Below the pieces are notes generated by a model. The model saw only the letters and a list, made by a program, of their open reading frames with translations, was not told the DNA's origin and did no database searches. Below, piece after piece: positions 1-13,664 of a DNA stretch of 64,000 nucleotides. Source of the stretch: Macrostomum lignano (Eukaryota); NCBI GenBank assembly GCA_002269645.1, contig NIVC01001317.1:186001-250000 (forward strand), given 5' to 3'. How positions within the stretch are numbered: the first letter of the stretch is position 1; each line of letters begins with the position of its first letter. The translations under genes were made by a program, and so were the position numbers.

Positions 1-210
1 CTCACCCTCCATCTCCCTCTCACCTTCCATCTCCCTCTCACCCTCCATCTCCCTCTCACCCTCCATCTCCCTCTCACCCTCCATCTCCCTCTCACCCTCC
101 ATCTCCCTCTCACCCTCCATCTCCCTCTCACCTTCCATCTCTCTCTCACCCTCCATCTCCCTCTCACCCTCCATCTCCCTCTCACCCTCCATCTCCCTCT
201 CACCCTCCAT
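1..210. repeat. 18-bp pyrimidine-rich minisatellite (CTCACCCTCCATCTCCCT)n, truncated by window start
   Basis: About 11 near-identical 18-bp units read directly. Confidence 0.95.
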
Positions 211-575
211 ATCCTCACTCACTCAATCTACAATGACACCACTTATTCTCTCTCTTTTTTCCCAATAACCCGTTGTATTTTGAAAGGCGGAATCTCAATA
301 GCTATAACAGTATCATCACAGCTTCTATCCTTTCCCCGTGGCCCAATAGCCCAGAACTAACAGCTCTCACGTCTGCCCTTAGCCGCAAAAAAAGAATACT
401 TGGAAACGTGACTTCACACAAATCACTTAATTCCCGAGTGTATCATTGGCTTACGGTAACTCTGTTGGCTATTTTACTCCGTCAAAACAAAAACCCTGTG
501 CCATTTGATTCTATAAGAGGAATTAGTTACAGTTTTCTTAACTCTGAGTCACACCATTTTGCTTGTGTTTGCCAG

Positions 576-680
576 GGTCTGCACTCTCACTCTGGCGATT
601 TTGCTTTTAATGCGCTGGCGGGCGGCCCTTTCGCCGAGTACAAACACAAACTCACGCAAGCAGAAAAGCATTCGGCTTGA
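576..680 (+). CDS. Possible terminal coding exon of an unidentified upstream gene (GLHSHSGDFAFNALAGGPFAEYKHKLTQAEKHSA*)
   Basis: Pyrimidine-rich acceptor (ttttgcttgtgtttgccag) at 574-575, then a GC-richer open frame to TGA; no recognisable homology. Confidence 0.2.
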   Translation, partial: GLHSHSGDFAFNALAGGPFAEYKHKLTQAEKHSA

Positions 681-959
681 GTCAATATTTGAGCCATTCA
701 TGTTCGCAGTCATGCTACCTGTCAGGTCTGGCCTACTGAACTCATTTCTCTGAGTAAGATTCTGTTTTACTTTGTTGTTGCTTGTTTCGTGCTTTTTTAT
801 GGCCTGTTGCTAACGGATTAACACTTTGTTATTGATATTGTCGCCGTCTGTTTTGAATCGATTTCATTGGCTCGCTGACTGACTGCGAAATGCAGTCAAA
901 GTCTAGCATTTCTAACAGAGAAGGAGCAGGGAAAGGGGATTGTTGATATACGAGAGAAG

Positions 960-2395
960 GGGATAGGGGGAGAGGAGTAGAGAACGGAGATGGGGAGGAG
1001 GGGAGAGAAGAATAAAGAGGAGAGAAGGAGACAGGAAAATAGGAAAGAGAAGGAGAGGGGAGAAGGAGAGGGGAGAGGAGGAGAGGGGAGAGAAGTGGAG
1101 GGAGAGAAGTGGAGGGAGAGAAGTGGAGGGAGAGGAGGAGAGGGGAGAAGTGGAGGGAGAGAAGTGGAGGGAGAGAAGTGGAGGGAGAGAAGGAGAGGGG
1201 AGAGAAGTGGAGGGAGAGAAGGAGAGGGGAGAGAAGGAGAGGGGAGAGGAGGAGAGGGGAGAGAAGGAGAGGGGAGAGAAGGAGAGGGAAGAGAAGGAGA
1301 GGGGAGAGAAGGAGAGGGAAGAGAAGGAGAGGGGAGAGAAGGAGAGGGGAGAGAAGGAGAGGGAAGAGAAGGAGAGGGGAGAGAAGGAGAGGGGAGAGAA
1401 GGAGAGGGGAGAGGAGGAGAGGGGAGAGAAGTGGAGGGAGAGAAGGAGAGGGGAGAGAAGGAGAGGGGAGAGGAGGAGAGGGGAGAGAAGGAGAGGGGAG
1501 AGAAGGAGAGGGAAGAGAAGGAGAGGGGAGAGAAGGAGAGGGGAGAGAAGGAGAGGGGAGAGGAGGAGAGGGGAGAGAAGTGGAGGGAGAGAAGGAGAGG
1601 GGAGAGAAGGAGAGGGGAGAGAAGGAGAGGGGAGAGAAGGAGAGGGGAGAGAAGGAGAGGGGAGAGAAGGAGAGGGGAGAGAAGGAGAGGGAAGAGAAGG
1701 AGAGGGGAGAGAAGGAGAGGGGAGAGAAGGAGAGGGGAGAGAAGGAGAGGGAAGAGAAGGAGAGGGAAGAGAAGGAGAGGGGAGAGAAGGAGAGAGGAGA
1801 GAAGGAGAGGGGAGAGGAGGAGAGGGGAGAGAAGGAGAGGGGAGAGAAGGAGAGGGAAGAGAAGGAGAGGGAAGAGAAGGAGAGGGGAGAGAAGGAGAGA
1901 GGAGAGAAGGAGAGGGGAGAGGAGGAGAGGGGAGAGAAGTGGAGGGAGAGAAGGAGAGGGGAGAGAAGGAGAGGGGAGAGAAGGAGAGGGAAGAGAAGGA
2001 GAGGGGAGAGAAGGAGAGGGGAGAGAAGGAGAGGGGAGAGGAGGAGAGGGGAGAGGAGGAGAGGTGAGGAGAGGGAAGAGAAGGAGAGGGGAGAGAAGGA
2101 GAGGGAAGAGAAGGAGAGGGGAGAGAAGGAGAGAGGAGAGAAGGAGAGGGGAGAGGAGGATAGGGGAGAGAAGGAGAGGGGAGAGAAGGAGAGAGGAGAG
2201 GAGAGGGGAGAGGAGGAGAGGGGAGAGGAGGAGAAGTGAGAAGGAGAGGGAAGAGAAGGAGAGGGAAGAGAAGGAGAGGGGAGAGAAGGAGAGGGAGAGA
2301 AGGAGAGGGGAGAGGAGGAGAGGGGAGAGGAGGAGAGGGGAGAGGAGGAGAGGTGAGAAGGGGAGGGGAGAAGGGGAGGGGAGAGAAGAGAGCTA
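960..2395. repeat. Polypurine (G/A) satellite, dominant 15-bp unit GAGAGAAGGAGAGGG with variants
   Basis: About 1.4 kb almost devoid of C/T; the E/R/G-rich ORFs in all three frames are artefacts. Confidence 0.95.
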
Positions 2396-2842
2396 TCTGA
2401 GCAGCGCCCAGGACTTCATATCAGCTTCGATAAAGGGCTAATTAACTTTGACACTTTTTCCGCCAAATTCTGTCAGCTGCTGTCAGCTTAGCGGCAACAA
2501 TAAGAGCTGAAAAATAATTTTGAGATTGAGATGAACTTTTCATCATTGAATTATGCTGCTCATTAAAATGCTTCAACTTCAAGGCTCAACAAATCTTAAA
2601 GTCTGTGGCCTCTTCATTCTTCAGAGTCACGTCGATGCTCGCCTTAATTATGTTGAGCCTCCAACCTCTGTTATCTCTCCCCACCTCACTCCTGATAAGG
2701 CATCAATCAGTCTAAAGTGCAGAGACGTCTCAATTGACTTGGTTCAGTCAATTAACTAAAATTGCGTCGGTAAATACTGACGGTACTTGATTTCTGCAAG
2801 CTTAATTAATTTCAGAACTTTATGTACTTGATTTATACAAAC

Positions 2843-3235
2843 ATGTCACTCCCATGCATTTCTTGTCACCTTTATGCACTCCTTGTCACTCCCATAAATT
2901 TGTTGTCACCCTAATGCATTCCTTGTCACTCTCATGCATTCCTTATCACTCCTATTCATTCCTTGTCACTCTTATGTACTCCTTGTCTCTCCTATGCACT
3001 CCTTGTCACTCTCATGCATTCCTTGTCTCTCCTATGCATTTCTTGTCACTCTCATGCATTCCTTGTCTCTCCTATGCATTTCTTGTCACTCTCATGCATT
3101 CCTTGTCTCTCCTATGCATTTCTTGTCACTCTCATGCATACCTTGTCACTCTCATGCATTTCTTGTCACTCTCATGCATTTCTTGTCACTCTCATGCATA
3201 CCTTGTCACTCTCATGCATTCCTTGTCACTCTTAA
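2843..3235. repeat. 20-bp minisatellite (GCATTCCTTGTCACTCTCAT)n
   Basis: About 19 units, more diverged at the left end. Confidence 0.92.
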
Positions 3236-4489
3236 GCAGTCCTTGTCATTTGAAGGCAATACCTCTCACTCAAAATACTTTGAGTTTCTGATTCTGATCA
3301 ATCCAAATTCTTTCTTTCACCTTAACAATTTTCCCAGTTTTGAATTCCCCAGTCTATCCCTGGCATCGCGCGCCCGGAGCCCACTTATCTGTCAGAGGAA
3401 TTTCTCCCATCCTTCGATCGGCCCGAGCCTAACAGATTCTGACAGGCAGATCGCGTCTCTGAATCGAACTGGAAACTGGACCGATTGCGTCACAAACTAA
3501 TTATTGCAGCGGTGGCGCCTCCTTGACCCTCCTCTGGCCGCCGCCGCCTCCGCCCCATCCAAATTTTCTTTGTCACTGGGTCTGACACTGGTGCAGAGAA
3601 GGTAGGGCAGGGCGTCAATCTTATTCTAACAGATCAATGCTATATTGAGTTATAGAAATATGTTATAAATATGTTTTAAAAAGCACTTCAGTCTACGTCT
3701 TCTTAGAAAGTTAACACGACGTAAAATACATCAGATGGGCTCCTCGAGTCGAGATGTCGAGCCCCGCTTAGAAAAAGTCTTCGCAGAATTGAAGGAAATT
3801 GAGAAATATGATATCGAAAAGCGGGCGACCTGACCTCCTTCAACTTTGCCTGACCCACCCAACAGCCCCCCAAAGCCGGATGTCGAGGAGAAGCTGGGCT
3901 TTCATTGCTGCTGCTCCGGCAGTGGATTAATATATCGGCAGTAGGAGAAGTGAAGAAATGCTGCGTGGGGTTATCTGGCAGGGAGGGGGTGGGCGTGATT
4001 GAGGCAAGGGGAAGTTTCCCGATCTCCTGGAAAATCCCTCAAAGTCTGAGCCATCCGGGGAGGTTAGAGGGGTCAATTGCTACTTCCTCAATGTGCTCCC
4101 CGTGTGTGTTGTTGATATTACGTAATTGCATTTGCATTTGGCGCACGCCCAACTTTGATGCAATAAGCGATAGCCAGCCAACTTCTGCTGTGTTAGTATC
4201 TCCTATCAGTTTGATCCATCAGTCAGTCTCCGAAGATCGTTGTCAAAGCGCGTTGGACCCCCCTCCTCGACTTCAGAGACAGGGCATGGAAATTTGAGCG
4301 TTTGCAAACACTTTTTTGGCGAAAGAAAATGCGGTTCTGAAGTATACGGAAGAATATTATTTTTGTTATTTTAATTTCCTTTCTCTGTGTCTTTCATAAC
4401 GAAAATAAACGAGAAGGCTTGTGATGATTTTGATCGCTGTAAATATCGTTATAATCTCATTAATAGACGAAGAGTCAAGGAGACCAACG

Positions 4490-4750
4490 TACATCACTTA
4501 GGGAAGGGGCAGGGAGCGAAGTCAAATGTACACTCGTTGTTGGGGCAGGGAGTGAAGTCAAAATGTACATTACTTATTGGGGCAGGGAGTGAAGTCAAAT
4601 GTACATTACTTATTGGGGCAGGGAGTGTAGTCAAATGTACATTACTTATTGGGACAGGGAGTGAAGTCAAATGTACATTACTTTTATTTGGACAGGGAGT
4701 CAAGCTTAATGTACATTACTTATTGAGGCATGGAGTGAAGTCAAATATAC
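4490..4750. repeat. ~39-40 bp minisatellite (GGGGCAGGGAGTGAAGTCAAATGTACATTACTTATT-like)
   Basis: 6-7 diverged units. Confidence 0.88.
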
Positions 4751-5599
4751 ATTAGTTATAACAATTTAAAACGAGGGAAATTCAATACACACCTCGTCCA
4801 ATCTGGAATCTCAGGTACCTGTTTGACTGCAAGGATTACAGGCAAAGTCCATCAGCAACGGTTTTTTCTGCTTGGGAATAACTTCCTAATCTACCAATTG
4901 CACTGGACGCAGACCACACAGGATGGCGAATGCGCGATGTGGCATCAGGCAACGTTGCAAGATGCCAGTGGGATAGCAAAAAAGGTAGGTGTGATAGCCT
5001 GTCGCGCAGAAGAGCCAAGGTAAGAGGCCATCCTTTGCTTCCAGGAGGCCTTCCCTGTCTGATTAAGATCTCGCTCCGCTACCCCAACTATTGAAATTTC
5101 CGCCACAACGTGACTTTTCTATCGGGAAGGAGAATCTGCCCCCCCCCCCCCCCAGCCCAGGCAGATCTTCCAGCCAGCAACATCGGTCAGTTAGCAACAA
5201 GATTGCCGGCGCCAGTGCTTGAAAGGTTTAATTCTTGACAGGGCAAACTGAGGGGCCTGCAGGGTTTTCTTTTTCAACGGAAAATTTTTAACACCGGCCA
5301 TTTCGGCTTTTCATCTTCTTCAACGGGCAGTTGCCCCCCACGGTCTTCGAAGCTCAGGCAGTCCGGCCGTCTTTGCACTTATTTTTGCGGTCAAGTTTCC
5401 TGCTGGATTCAATTGAAAGTCTGTCAATCAGCTTTGCAGCATTGCGTCAAGCAGATGTTGATTGATTAGCCGCTACGTGTTATGCAATGCTGTTGCAGAT
5501 TCTGCTTCTGCAAGAAACAAATCCACAATTTTGCTTGTCCTGCTTTTTCTTGGCGCATTGTTCACTATTTCATATGGGTTCATATTTTCCTGTATCGTA

Positions 5600-8500
5600 G
5601 TTCTCATTCCTGCTCTCATTCCTGTTCTCATTCCAGTTCTCATTCCTGTTCTCATTCCTGTTCTCATTCCTGTTCTCATTCCTGTTCTCATTCCTGTTCT
5701 CATTCCTGTTCTCATTCCTGTTCTCATTCCTGTTCTCATTCCTGCTCTCATTCCAGTTCTCATTCCAGTTCTCATTCCAGTTCTCATTCCTGCTCTCATT
5801 CCAGTTCTCATTCCAGTTCTCATTCCTGCTCTCATTCCAGTTCTCATTCCAGTTCTCATTCCAGTTCTCATTCCTGCTATCATTCCTGTTCTCATTCCAG
5901 TTCTCATTCCAGTTCTCATTCCTGCTATCATTCCTGTTCTTATTCCTGCTCTCATTCCAGTTCTCATTCCAGTTCTCATTCCAGTTCTCATTCCTGCTAT
6001 CATTCCTGTTCTCATTCCAGTTCTCATTCCTGTTCTCATTCCAGTTCTCATTCCAGTTCTCATTCCTGCTATCATTCCTGTTCTCATTCCTGCTCTCATT
6101 CCAGTTCTCATTCCTGCTCTCATTCCAGTTCTCATTCCTGCTATCATTCCTGTTCTCATTCCTGCTCTCATTCCAGTTCTCATTCCAGTTCTCATTCCAG
6201 TTCTCATTCCTGCTATCATTCCTGTTCTCATTCCAGTTCTCATTCCTGCTCTCATTCCAGTTCTCATTCCAGTTCTCATTCCAGTTCTCATTCCTGCTCT
6301 CATTCCAGTTCTCATTCCAGTTCTCATTCCAGTTCTCATTCCTGCTATCATTCCTGTTCTCATTCCAGTTCTCATTCCTGCTCTCATTCCAGTTCTCATT
6401 CCAGTTCTCATTCCAGTTCTCATTCCTGCTCTCATTCCAGTTCTCATTCCAGTTCTCATTCCTGTTCTCATTCCTGCTATCATTCCTGTTCTCATTCCAG
6501 TTCTCATTCCTGCTCTCATTCCAGTTCTCATTCCTGTTCTCATTCCAGTTCTCATTCCTGCTCTCATTCCAGTTCTCATTCCAGTTCTCATTCCAGTTCT
6601 CATTCCAGTTCTCATTCCAGTTCTCATTCCTGCTCTCATTCCAGTTCTCATTCCTGCTCTCATTCCAGTTCTCATTCCAGTTCTCATTCCAGTTCTCATT
6701 CCAGTTCTCATTCCAGTTCTCATTCCTGCTATCATTCCTGTTCTCATTCCAGTTCTCATTCCTGCTCTCATTCCAGTTCTCATTCCTGTTCTCATTCCAG
6801 TTCTCATTCCTGCTCTCATTCCAGTTCTCATTCCTGTTCTCATTCCAGTTCTAATTCCTGCTCTCATTCCTGTTCTCATTCCAGTTCTCATTTCCAGTTC
6901 TCATTCCTGTTCTCATTCCTGTTCTCATTCCTGTTCTCATTCCTGTTCTCATTCCTGTTCCCATTCCTGCTCTCATTCCTGTTCTCATTCCTGTTCTCAT
7001 TCCTGTTCTCATTCCTGTTCTCATTCCAGTTCTCATTCCAGTTCTCATTCCTGTTTTCATTCCAGTTCTCATTCCTGTTCTCATTCCTGCTCTCATTCAT
7101 ATTCTCATTCCAGTTCTCATTCCTGTTCTCATTCCTGTTCTCATTCCTTCTGTCATTCCTGCTCTCATTCCTTCTGTCATTCCTGCTCTCATTCCTGCTC
7201 TCATTTCCAGTTCTCATTCCAGTTCTCATTCCTGCTCTCATTCCTGCTCTCATTTCCAGTTCTCATTCCTGTTCTCATTCCTGTTCTCATTCCAGTTCTC
7301 ATTCCTGTTCTCATTCCTGTTCTCATTCCTGTTCTCATTCCTGTTCTCATTCCTGTTCTCATTCCTGCTCTCATTCCAGTTCTCATTCCAGTTCTCATTC
7401 CAGTTCTCATTCCTGCTCTCATTCCAGTTCTCATTCCAGTTCTCATTCCTGCTCTCATTCCAGTTCTCATTCCAGTTCTCATTCCAGTTCTCATTCCTGC
7501 TATCATTCCTGTTCTCATTCCAGTTCTCATTCCAGTTCTCATTCCAGTTCTCATTCCAGTTCTCATTCCTGCTATCATTCCTGTTCTCATTCCAGTTCTC
7601 ATTCCTGCTCTCATTCCAGTTCTCATTCCTGTTCTCATTCCAGTTCTCATTCCTGCTCTCATTCCAGTTCTCATTCCTGTTCTCATTCCAGTTCTAATTC
7701 CTGCTCTCATTCCTGTTCTCATTCCAGTTCTCATTTCCAGTTCTCATTCCTGTTCTCATTCCTGTTCTCATTCCTGTTCTCATTCCTGTTCTCATTCCTG
7801 TTCTCATTCCTGCTCTCATTCCTGTTCTCATTCCTGTTCTCATTCCTGTTCTCATTCCTGTTCTCATTCCAGTTCTCATTCCAGTTCTCATTCCTGTTTT
7901 CATTCCAGTTCTCATTCCTGTTCTCATTCCTGCTCTCATTCATATTCTCATTCCAGTTCTCATTCCTGTTCTCATTTCTGTTCTCATTCCTGTTCTCATT
8001 CCTGCTCTCATTCCTTCTGTCATTCCTGCTCTCATTCCTGCTCTCATTTCCAGTTCTCATTCCAGTTCTCATTCCTGCTCTCATTCCTGCTCTCATTTCC
8101 AGTTCTCATTCCTGTTCTCATTCCTGTTCTCATTCCAGTTCTCATTCCTGTTCTCATTCCTGTTCTCATTCCTGTTCTCATTCCTGTTCTCATTCCTGTT
8201 CTCATTCCTGCTCTCATTCCAGTTCTCATTCCAGTTCTCATTCCAGTTCTCATTCCTGCTCTCATTCCAGTTCTCATTCCAGTTCTCATTCCTGCTCTCA
8301 TTCCAGTTCTCATTCCAGTTCTCATTCCAGTTCTCATTCCTGCTATCATTCCTGTTCTCATTCCAGTTCTCATTCCAGTTCTCATTCCTGCTATCATTCC
8401 TGTTCTTATTCCTGCTCTCATTCCAGTTCTCATTCCAGTTCTCATTCCAGTTCTCATTCCTGCTATCATTCCTGTTCTCATTCCAGTTCTCATTCCTGTT

Positions 8501-9779
8501 CTCATTCCAGTTCTCATTCCAGTTCTCATTCCTGCTATCATTCCTGTTCTCATTCCTGCTCTCATTCCAGTTCTCATTCCTGCTCTCATTCCAGTTCTCA
8601 TTCCTGCTATCATTCCTGTTCTCATTCCTGCTCTCATTCCAGTTCTCATTCCAGTTCTCATTCCAGTTCTCATTCCTGCTATCATTCCTGTTCTCATTCC
8701 AGTTCTCATTCCTGCTCTCATTCCAGTTCTCATTCCAGTTCTCATTCCAGTTCTCATTCCTGCTCTCATTCCAGTTCTCATTCCAGTTCTCATTCCAGTT
8801 CTCATTCCTGCTATCATTCCTGTTCTCATTCCAGTTCTCATTCCTGCTCTCATTCCAGTTCTCATTCCAGTTCTCATTCCAGTTCTCATTCCTGCTCTCA
8901 TTCCAGTTCTCATTCCAGTTCTCATTCCTGTTCTCATTCCTGCTATCATTCCTGTTCTCATTCCAGTTCTCATTCCTGCTCTCATTCCAGTTCTCATTCC
9001 TGTTCTCATTCCAGTTCTCATTCCTGCTCTCATTCCAGTTCTCATTCCAGTTCTCATTCCAGTTCTCATTCCAGTTCTCATTCCAGTTCTCATTCCTGCT
9101 CTCATTCCAGTTCTCATTCCTGCTCTCATTCCAGTTCTCATTCCAGTTCTCATTCCAGTTCTCATTCCAGTTCTCATTCCAGTTCTCATTCCTGCTATCA
9201 TTCCTGTTCTCATTCCAGTTCTCATTCCTGCTCTCATTCCAGTTCTCATTCCTGTTCTCATTCCAGTTCTCATTCCTGCTCTCATTCCAGTTCTCATTCC
9301 TGTTCTCATTCCAGTTCTAATTCCTGCTCTCATTCCTGTTCTCATTCCAGTTCTCATTTCCAGTTCTCATTCCTGTTCTCATTCCTGTTCTCATTCCTGT
9401 TCTCATTCCTGTTCTCATTCCTGTTCTCATTCCTGCTCTCATTCCTGTTCTCATTCCTGTTCTCATTCCTGTTCTCATTCCTGTTCTCATTCCAGTTCTC
9501 ATTCCAGTTCTCATTCCTGTTTTCATTCCAGTTCTCATTCCTGTTCTCATTCCTGCTCTCATTCATATTCTCATTCCAGTTCTCATTCCTGTTCTCATTC
9601 CTGTTCTCATTCCTTCTGTCATTCCTGCTCTCATTCCTTCTGTCATTCCTGCTCTCATTCCTGCTCTCATTTCCAGTTCTCATTCCAGTTCTCATTCCTG
9701 CTCTCATTCCTGCTCTCATTTCCAGTTCTCATTCCTGTTCTCATTCCTGTTCTCATTCCAGTTCTCATTCCTGCTCTCA
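5600..9779. repeat. 12-bp satellite (GTTCTCATTCCA/T)n with three-copy higher-order structure
   Basis: About 345 units; private variants recur at offsets 843, 1623 and 2466 bp. Confidence 0.97.
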
Positions 9780-10399
9780 TAATATCACTACTTCCTAGTT
9801 CCGTAGAGAATCCGGATCTATTGTTTTCAAGCTCAATGCCCCCCCCCAAGTCATGCATGCAGTTCTCTCCACCGCGAAGCAGGATAAAACACGACTGATT
9901 TCTTCCCTAAGCTTAAAGGGATTAGAAGTACAGAAACACCTCGCATGTTGTCGAGTCTCCAATCCAACCTCCTCAACTCCCGCTTCATCAGTAAGTCAGT
10001 CTCCAGTTTTGAAAACTTACTCTTTCATTTGAACAACTTTTTTCAGCTTTTTTGCATTAGTCGAAAAAAGATTTGATTTCACACAGCAACTAACAGAGAT
10101 TAGGGAGTTGAATTTTTTCCTAGCTTCTGGCCAAGAACGGATTCCAGACGCTGACGTGCCAGTGTAGAGTTGCACCCATCACCAGCTTGGCTCGGTTTTG
10201 CCTCGAATGCTACTCGTGGATCAACTAGAAATCCACTGCTTTTCACGCGATTCGCTTTGGTAAATCTTCTCTGCTGTTTTGCAGGTCTCGATTCTGTCTG
10301 TCTCTCTCACTCCTCTCCGCCTCTGCTCTCTCTTCCCCGATTTCCCTCTCTAGTCTCTCTTTTCCTCTTCCTGAGCTTCCTTATCTCCCTTTTCTCTTA

Positions 10400-11270
10400 T
10401 CTCTCCTCTCCTCTCCTCTCCTCTCCTCTCCTCTCCTCTCCTTTCCTTTCCTTTCCTCTCCTTTCCTCTCCTTTCCTTTCCTCTCCTTTCCTCTCCTTTC
10501 CTTTCCTTTCCTTTCCTCTCCTCTCCTCTCCTCTCCTCTCCTCTCCTCTCCTCTCCTTTCCTCTCCTTTCCTCTCCTTTCCTTTCCTCTCCTTTCCTCTC
10601 CTCTCCTCTCCTCTCCTCTCCTCTCCTCTCCTCTCCTCTCCTCTCCTCTCCTCTCCTCTCCTCTCCTCTCCTCTCCTCTCCTCTCCTCTCCTCTCCTCTC
10701 CTCTCTCTCCTCTCCTCTCCTCTCCTCTCCTCTCCTCTCCTCTCCTCTCCTCTCCTCTCCTCTCCTCTCCTCTCCTCTCCTCTCCTCTCTCTCTCTCCTC
10801 TCCTCTCCTCTCCTCTCCTCTCCTCTCCTCTCCTCTCCTCTCCTCTCTTCTCTCCTCTCCTCTCCTCTCCTCTCCTCTCCTCTCCTCTCCTCTCCTCTCC
10901 TCTCCTTTCCTCTCCTTTCCTCTCCTTTCCTTTCCTCTCCTTTCCTCTCCTCTCCTCTCCTCTCCTCTCCTCTCCTCTCCTCTCCTCTCCTCTCCTCTCC
11001 TCTCCTCTCCTCTCCTCTCCTCTCCTCTCCTCTCCTCTCCTCTCCTCTCCTCTCCTCTCCTCTCCTCTCCTCTCCTCTCCTCTCCTCTCCTCTCCTCTCC
11101 TCTCCTCTCCTCTCCTCTCCTCTCCTCTCCTCTCCTCTCCTCTCCTCTCTCCTCTCTCCTCTCCCTCCTCTTCTCTTCTCTCCTCTCCTCTCCTCTCTCC
11201 TCTCTCCTCTCTCCTCTCTCCTCTCTCCTCTTCTCTCTCCTCTTCTCTCTCCTCTCCCCCTCTCCCACTC
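10400..11270. repeat. (CTCTC)n/(CTTTC)n polypyrimidine microsatellite
   Basis: Pentamer repeat read directly. Confidence 0.96.
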
Positions 11271-12227
11271 CTGCTGCCTCATAGCTCTTATCTAACCTCC
11301 CAGCTCAGCCAAACCGTCTGCAACACCCTGCACTTTTGCCTCTCAGCAATGTCCTTGTCACTATATAATATCTCTAATGATCTTTCGACGGAAGATCCTG
11401 AATCCATTGAAATCCATTGTGGATGAAGCTTTAGCGAAGCTGGCTGCCAGATTTCAAACCGCCTATTAACTTTGTCAAAAATCGATGGACTTGCTTTTTT
11501 GTCGACTTCCCAGCCTTGAGCTTGATTGCTGCCAGGAAGCTGAGGTTGAGCTTGATGAGGCACTGTGTGACTGTATGAAGCCCCCACAGACAGAGGCAGG
11601 ACGGCCGCACAATGGGTGTTTATGATGGGCCGACAGAAACTCACAAGTGGCCTGCAAAACGCCCTCTTGCCTCTCGTAGCTTCTTAACCTCGTCCTCTTC
11701 TTCCGGGAGCAGAAATGGATCCGCCGTATTTTTTTTTGATACTTCAATGCAGTTTTGCAAAGCCGGTTGGACACGCAGGCTCAGGGGGGCTCAATGAGGC
11801 AACGAGGCCCCAACATACTGGCTTTGCCGCCTTTTTCCAGTTAGCTCCGCTCACAGTCGCCGAGTTACGTAAGCAGCAAAGTCGAGCAGCCGAAGGAGCG
11901 GCAGATTTTCTTCTTTGGCCTGAAGAGTGCGAGAGCGTTTGGCTTTGGTAAGCATTGTGGCGGTTTGGGGGGACATTGCGTAATGGGACTTCTTTACGGG
12001 CGGTTCCCCTCGGTTTGTAATTGGTAAAGAGGGAAGGTTTTTGTCAAAGAGGTGTTGTTCAGCGTACACGGTGAACTGGTCAGTCTGACACACTGGTGCC
12101 TGAAAAATTAATTGACTTTCCTTCTGACTTCAGTTATGACACCTAAGGTACGGTTCTTGCTTTTTTAGCAACAAAATCGCAAATGACCTGTGTATCCCTT
12201 TATTTCATTGGCATATATAACCGAAAC

Positions 12228-12764
12228 AGTTCTGAGGTACTTTGTTGTCAGTTCTGAGGTAGTTTGTTGTCAGTTCTGAGGTAGTTTGTTATCAATTCTG
12301 AGGTAGTTTGTTATCAGTTCTGAGGTAGTTTGTTATCAGTTCTGAGGTAGTTTGTTATCAATTCTGAGGTAGTTTGTTATCAGTTCTGAGGTAGTTTGTT
12401 ATCAGTTCTGAGGTAGTTTGTTATCAATTCTGAGGTAGTTTATTGTCAGTTCTGAGGTAGTTTGTTATCAGTTCTGAGGTAGTTTGTTATCAATTCTGAG
12501 GTAGTTTATTGTCAGTTCTGAGGTACCAGTAGTTTGTTATCAGTTATGAGGTAGTTTGTTATCAATTCTGAGGTAGTTTATTGTCAGTTCTGAGGTAGTT
12601 TGTTATCAATTCTGAGGTAGTTTGTTATCAGTTCTGAGGTAGTTTGTTATCAGTTCTGAGGTAGTTTGTTATCAGTTCTGAGGTAGTTTGTTATCAGTTC
12701 TGAGGTAGTTTGTTATCAGTTCTGAGGTAGTTTGTTATCAGTTCTGAGGTAGTTTGTTATCAGT
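12228..12764. repeat. 22-bp minisatellite (CAGTTCTGAGGTAGTTTGTTAT)n
   Basis: About 24 units with few substitutions. Confidence 0.95.
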
Positions 12765-13664
12765 CCTCGGGTACTTTAGGATTTTTTGGAAGTTTGTAAT
12801 AAATTTCTGCAAGTTTTCATTTATTAGTCTGTCGGTAGCTTTTTTGATGTTTTTGTATAAACCCATCCATAAAACTAAACACAAACTAAGACAGCACTTG
12901 CCGTATAGATAGATCGAAAAACTTTCCCCTAAAAACTCTGGCAATGTGGTTCACCAATTCCACACAGCACTTGACTAGGGGGGTGAGGGGGCCAACCCTA
13001 AGCAGACAATGTAATAATGAGCACAATGACTACACACACACACAGCTACAATAGATTGCCAAGCCCTTGAAAGGGACCCTAGCCCTGAGAGTTTGCTGCC
13101 GACTGTACCGGTGTTACGCAATCGAGCGGCACGCCCCCAACCTGCCGGCAACTTCGCTTTTATCTCGCCCTCTATCCGGGAGTTTCTTCCCACTCCCCTC
13201 CCCGGTGAAAATAGCCTCATAGCTACAGTGAGATGATGCAGCCGGTGCCCCCGAGAGGCAGGAGACGCGAAGCCGCCGTGCCGCTTGGGTGGCGGCCGAT
13301 CCGCACTCGAAGAAGCGGTTGTTGCCTCAAACAATGCCACTCCACCGTCTTCTTTAGTGCTTTCATTCTTTCTTCAACCGCCCCTCTTCTTTGCTACTCT
13401 AGCCTTGCTGCTTCAAATAATTCAAAATAACTCCTCTTTTCCTGAAGGACTCTCGCTGCAAAGTAGCCGAAACGTTTGACAGTTTATGGACTCAGCATAC
13501 AGGGACGCTTAGAAATCTGGCAATCTGGACTGGAAGCCAAACTTTCACAATTATTTTACAAATCGCATAGTAAATTATTATCAATAAGGAATATTCACCT
13601 GTGTCATGTAAAACGCAGTAATTTTGAAGCGGTCTATTGAGTTTATCTATTCTCAGTCTCGTCT

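Noticed and set aside
990-2441. Long E/R/G-rich ORFs in all three + frames (also at 10170-11426 and 13492-14149 on both strands)
   Set aside because: Purine-only or pyrimidine-only repeats cannot encode stops; there is no unique sequence or domain.
5462-9898. 1478-aa and 1438-aa ORFs and their antisense partners
   Set aside because: Translation of a stop-free 12-bp satellite; open on both strands, which indicates an artefact.
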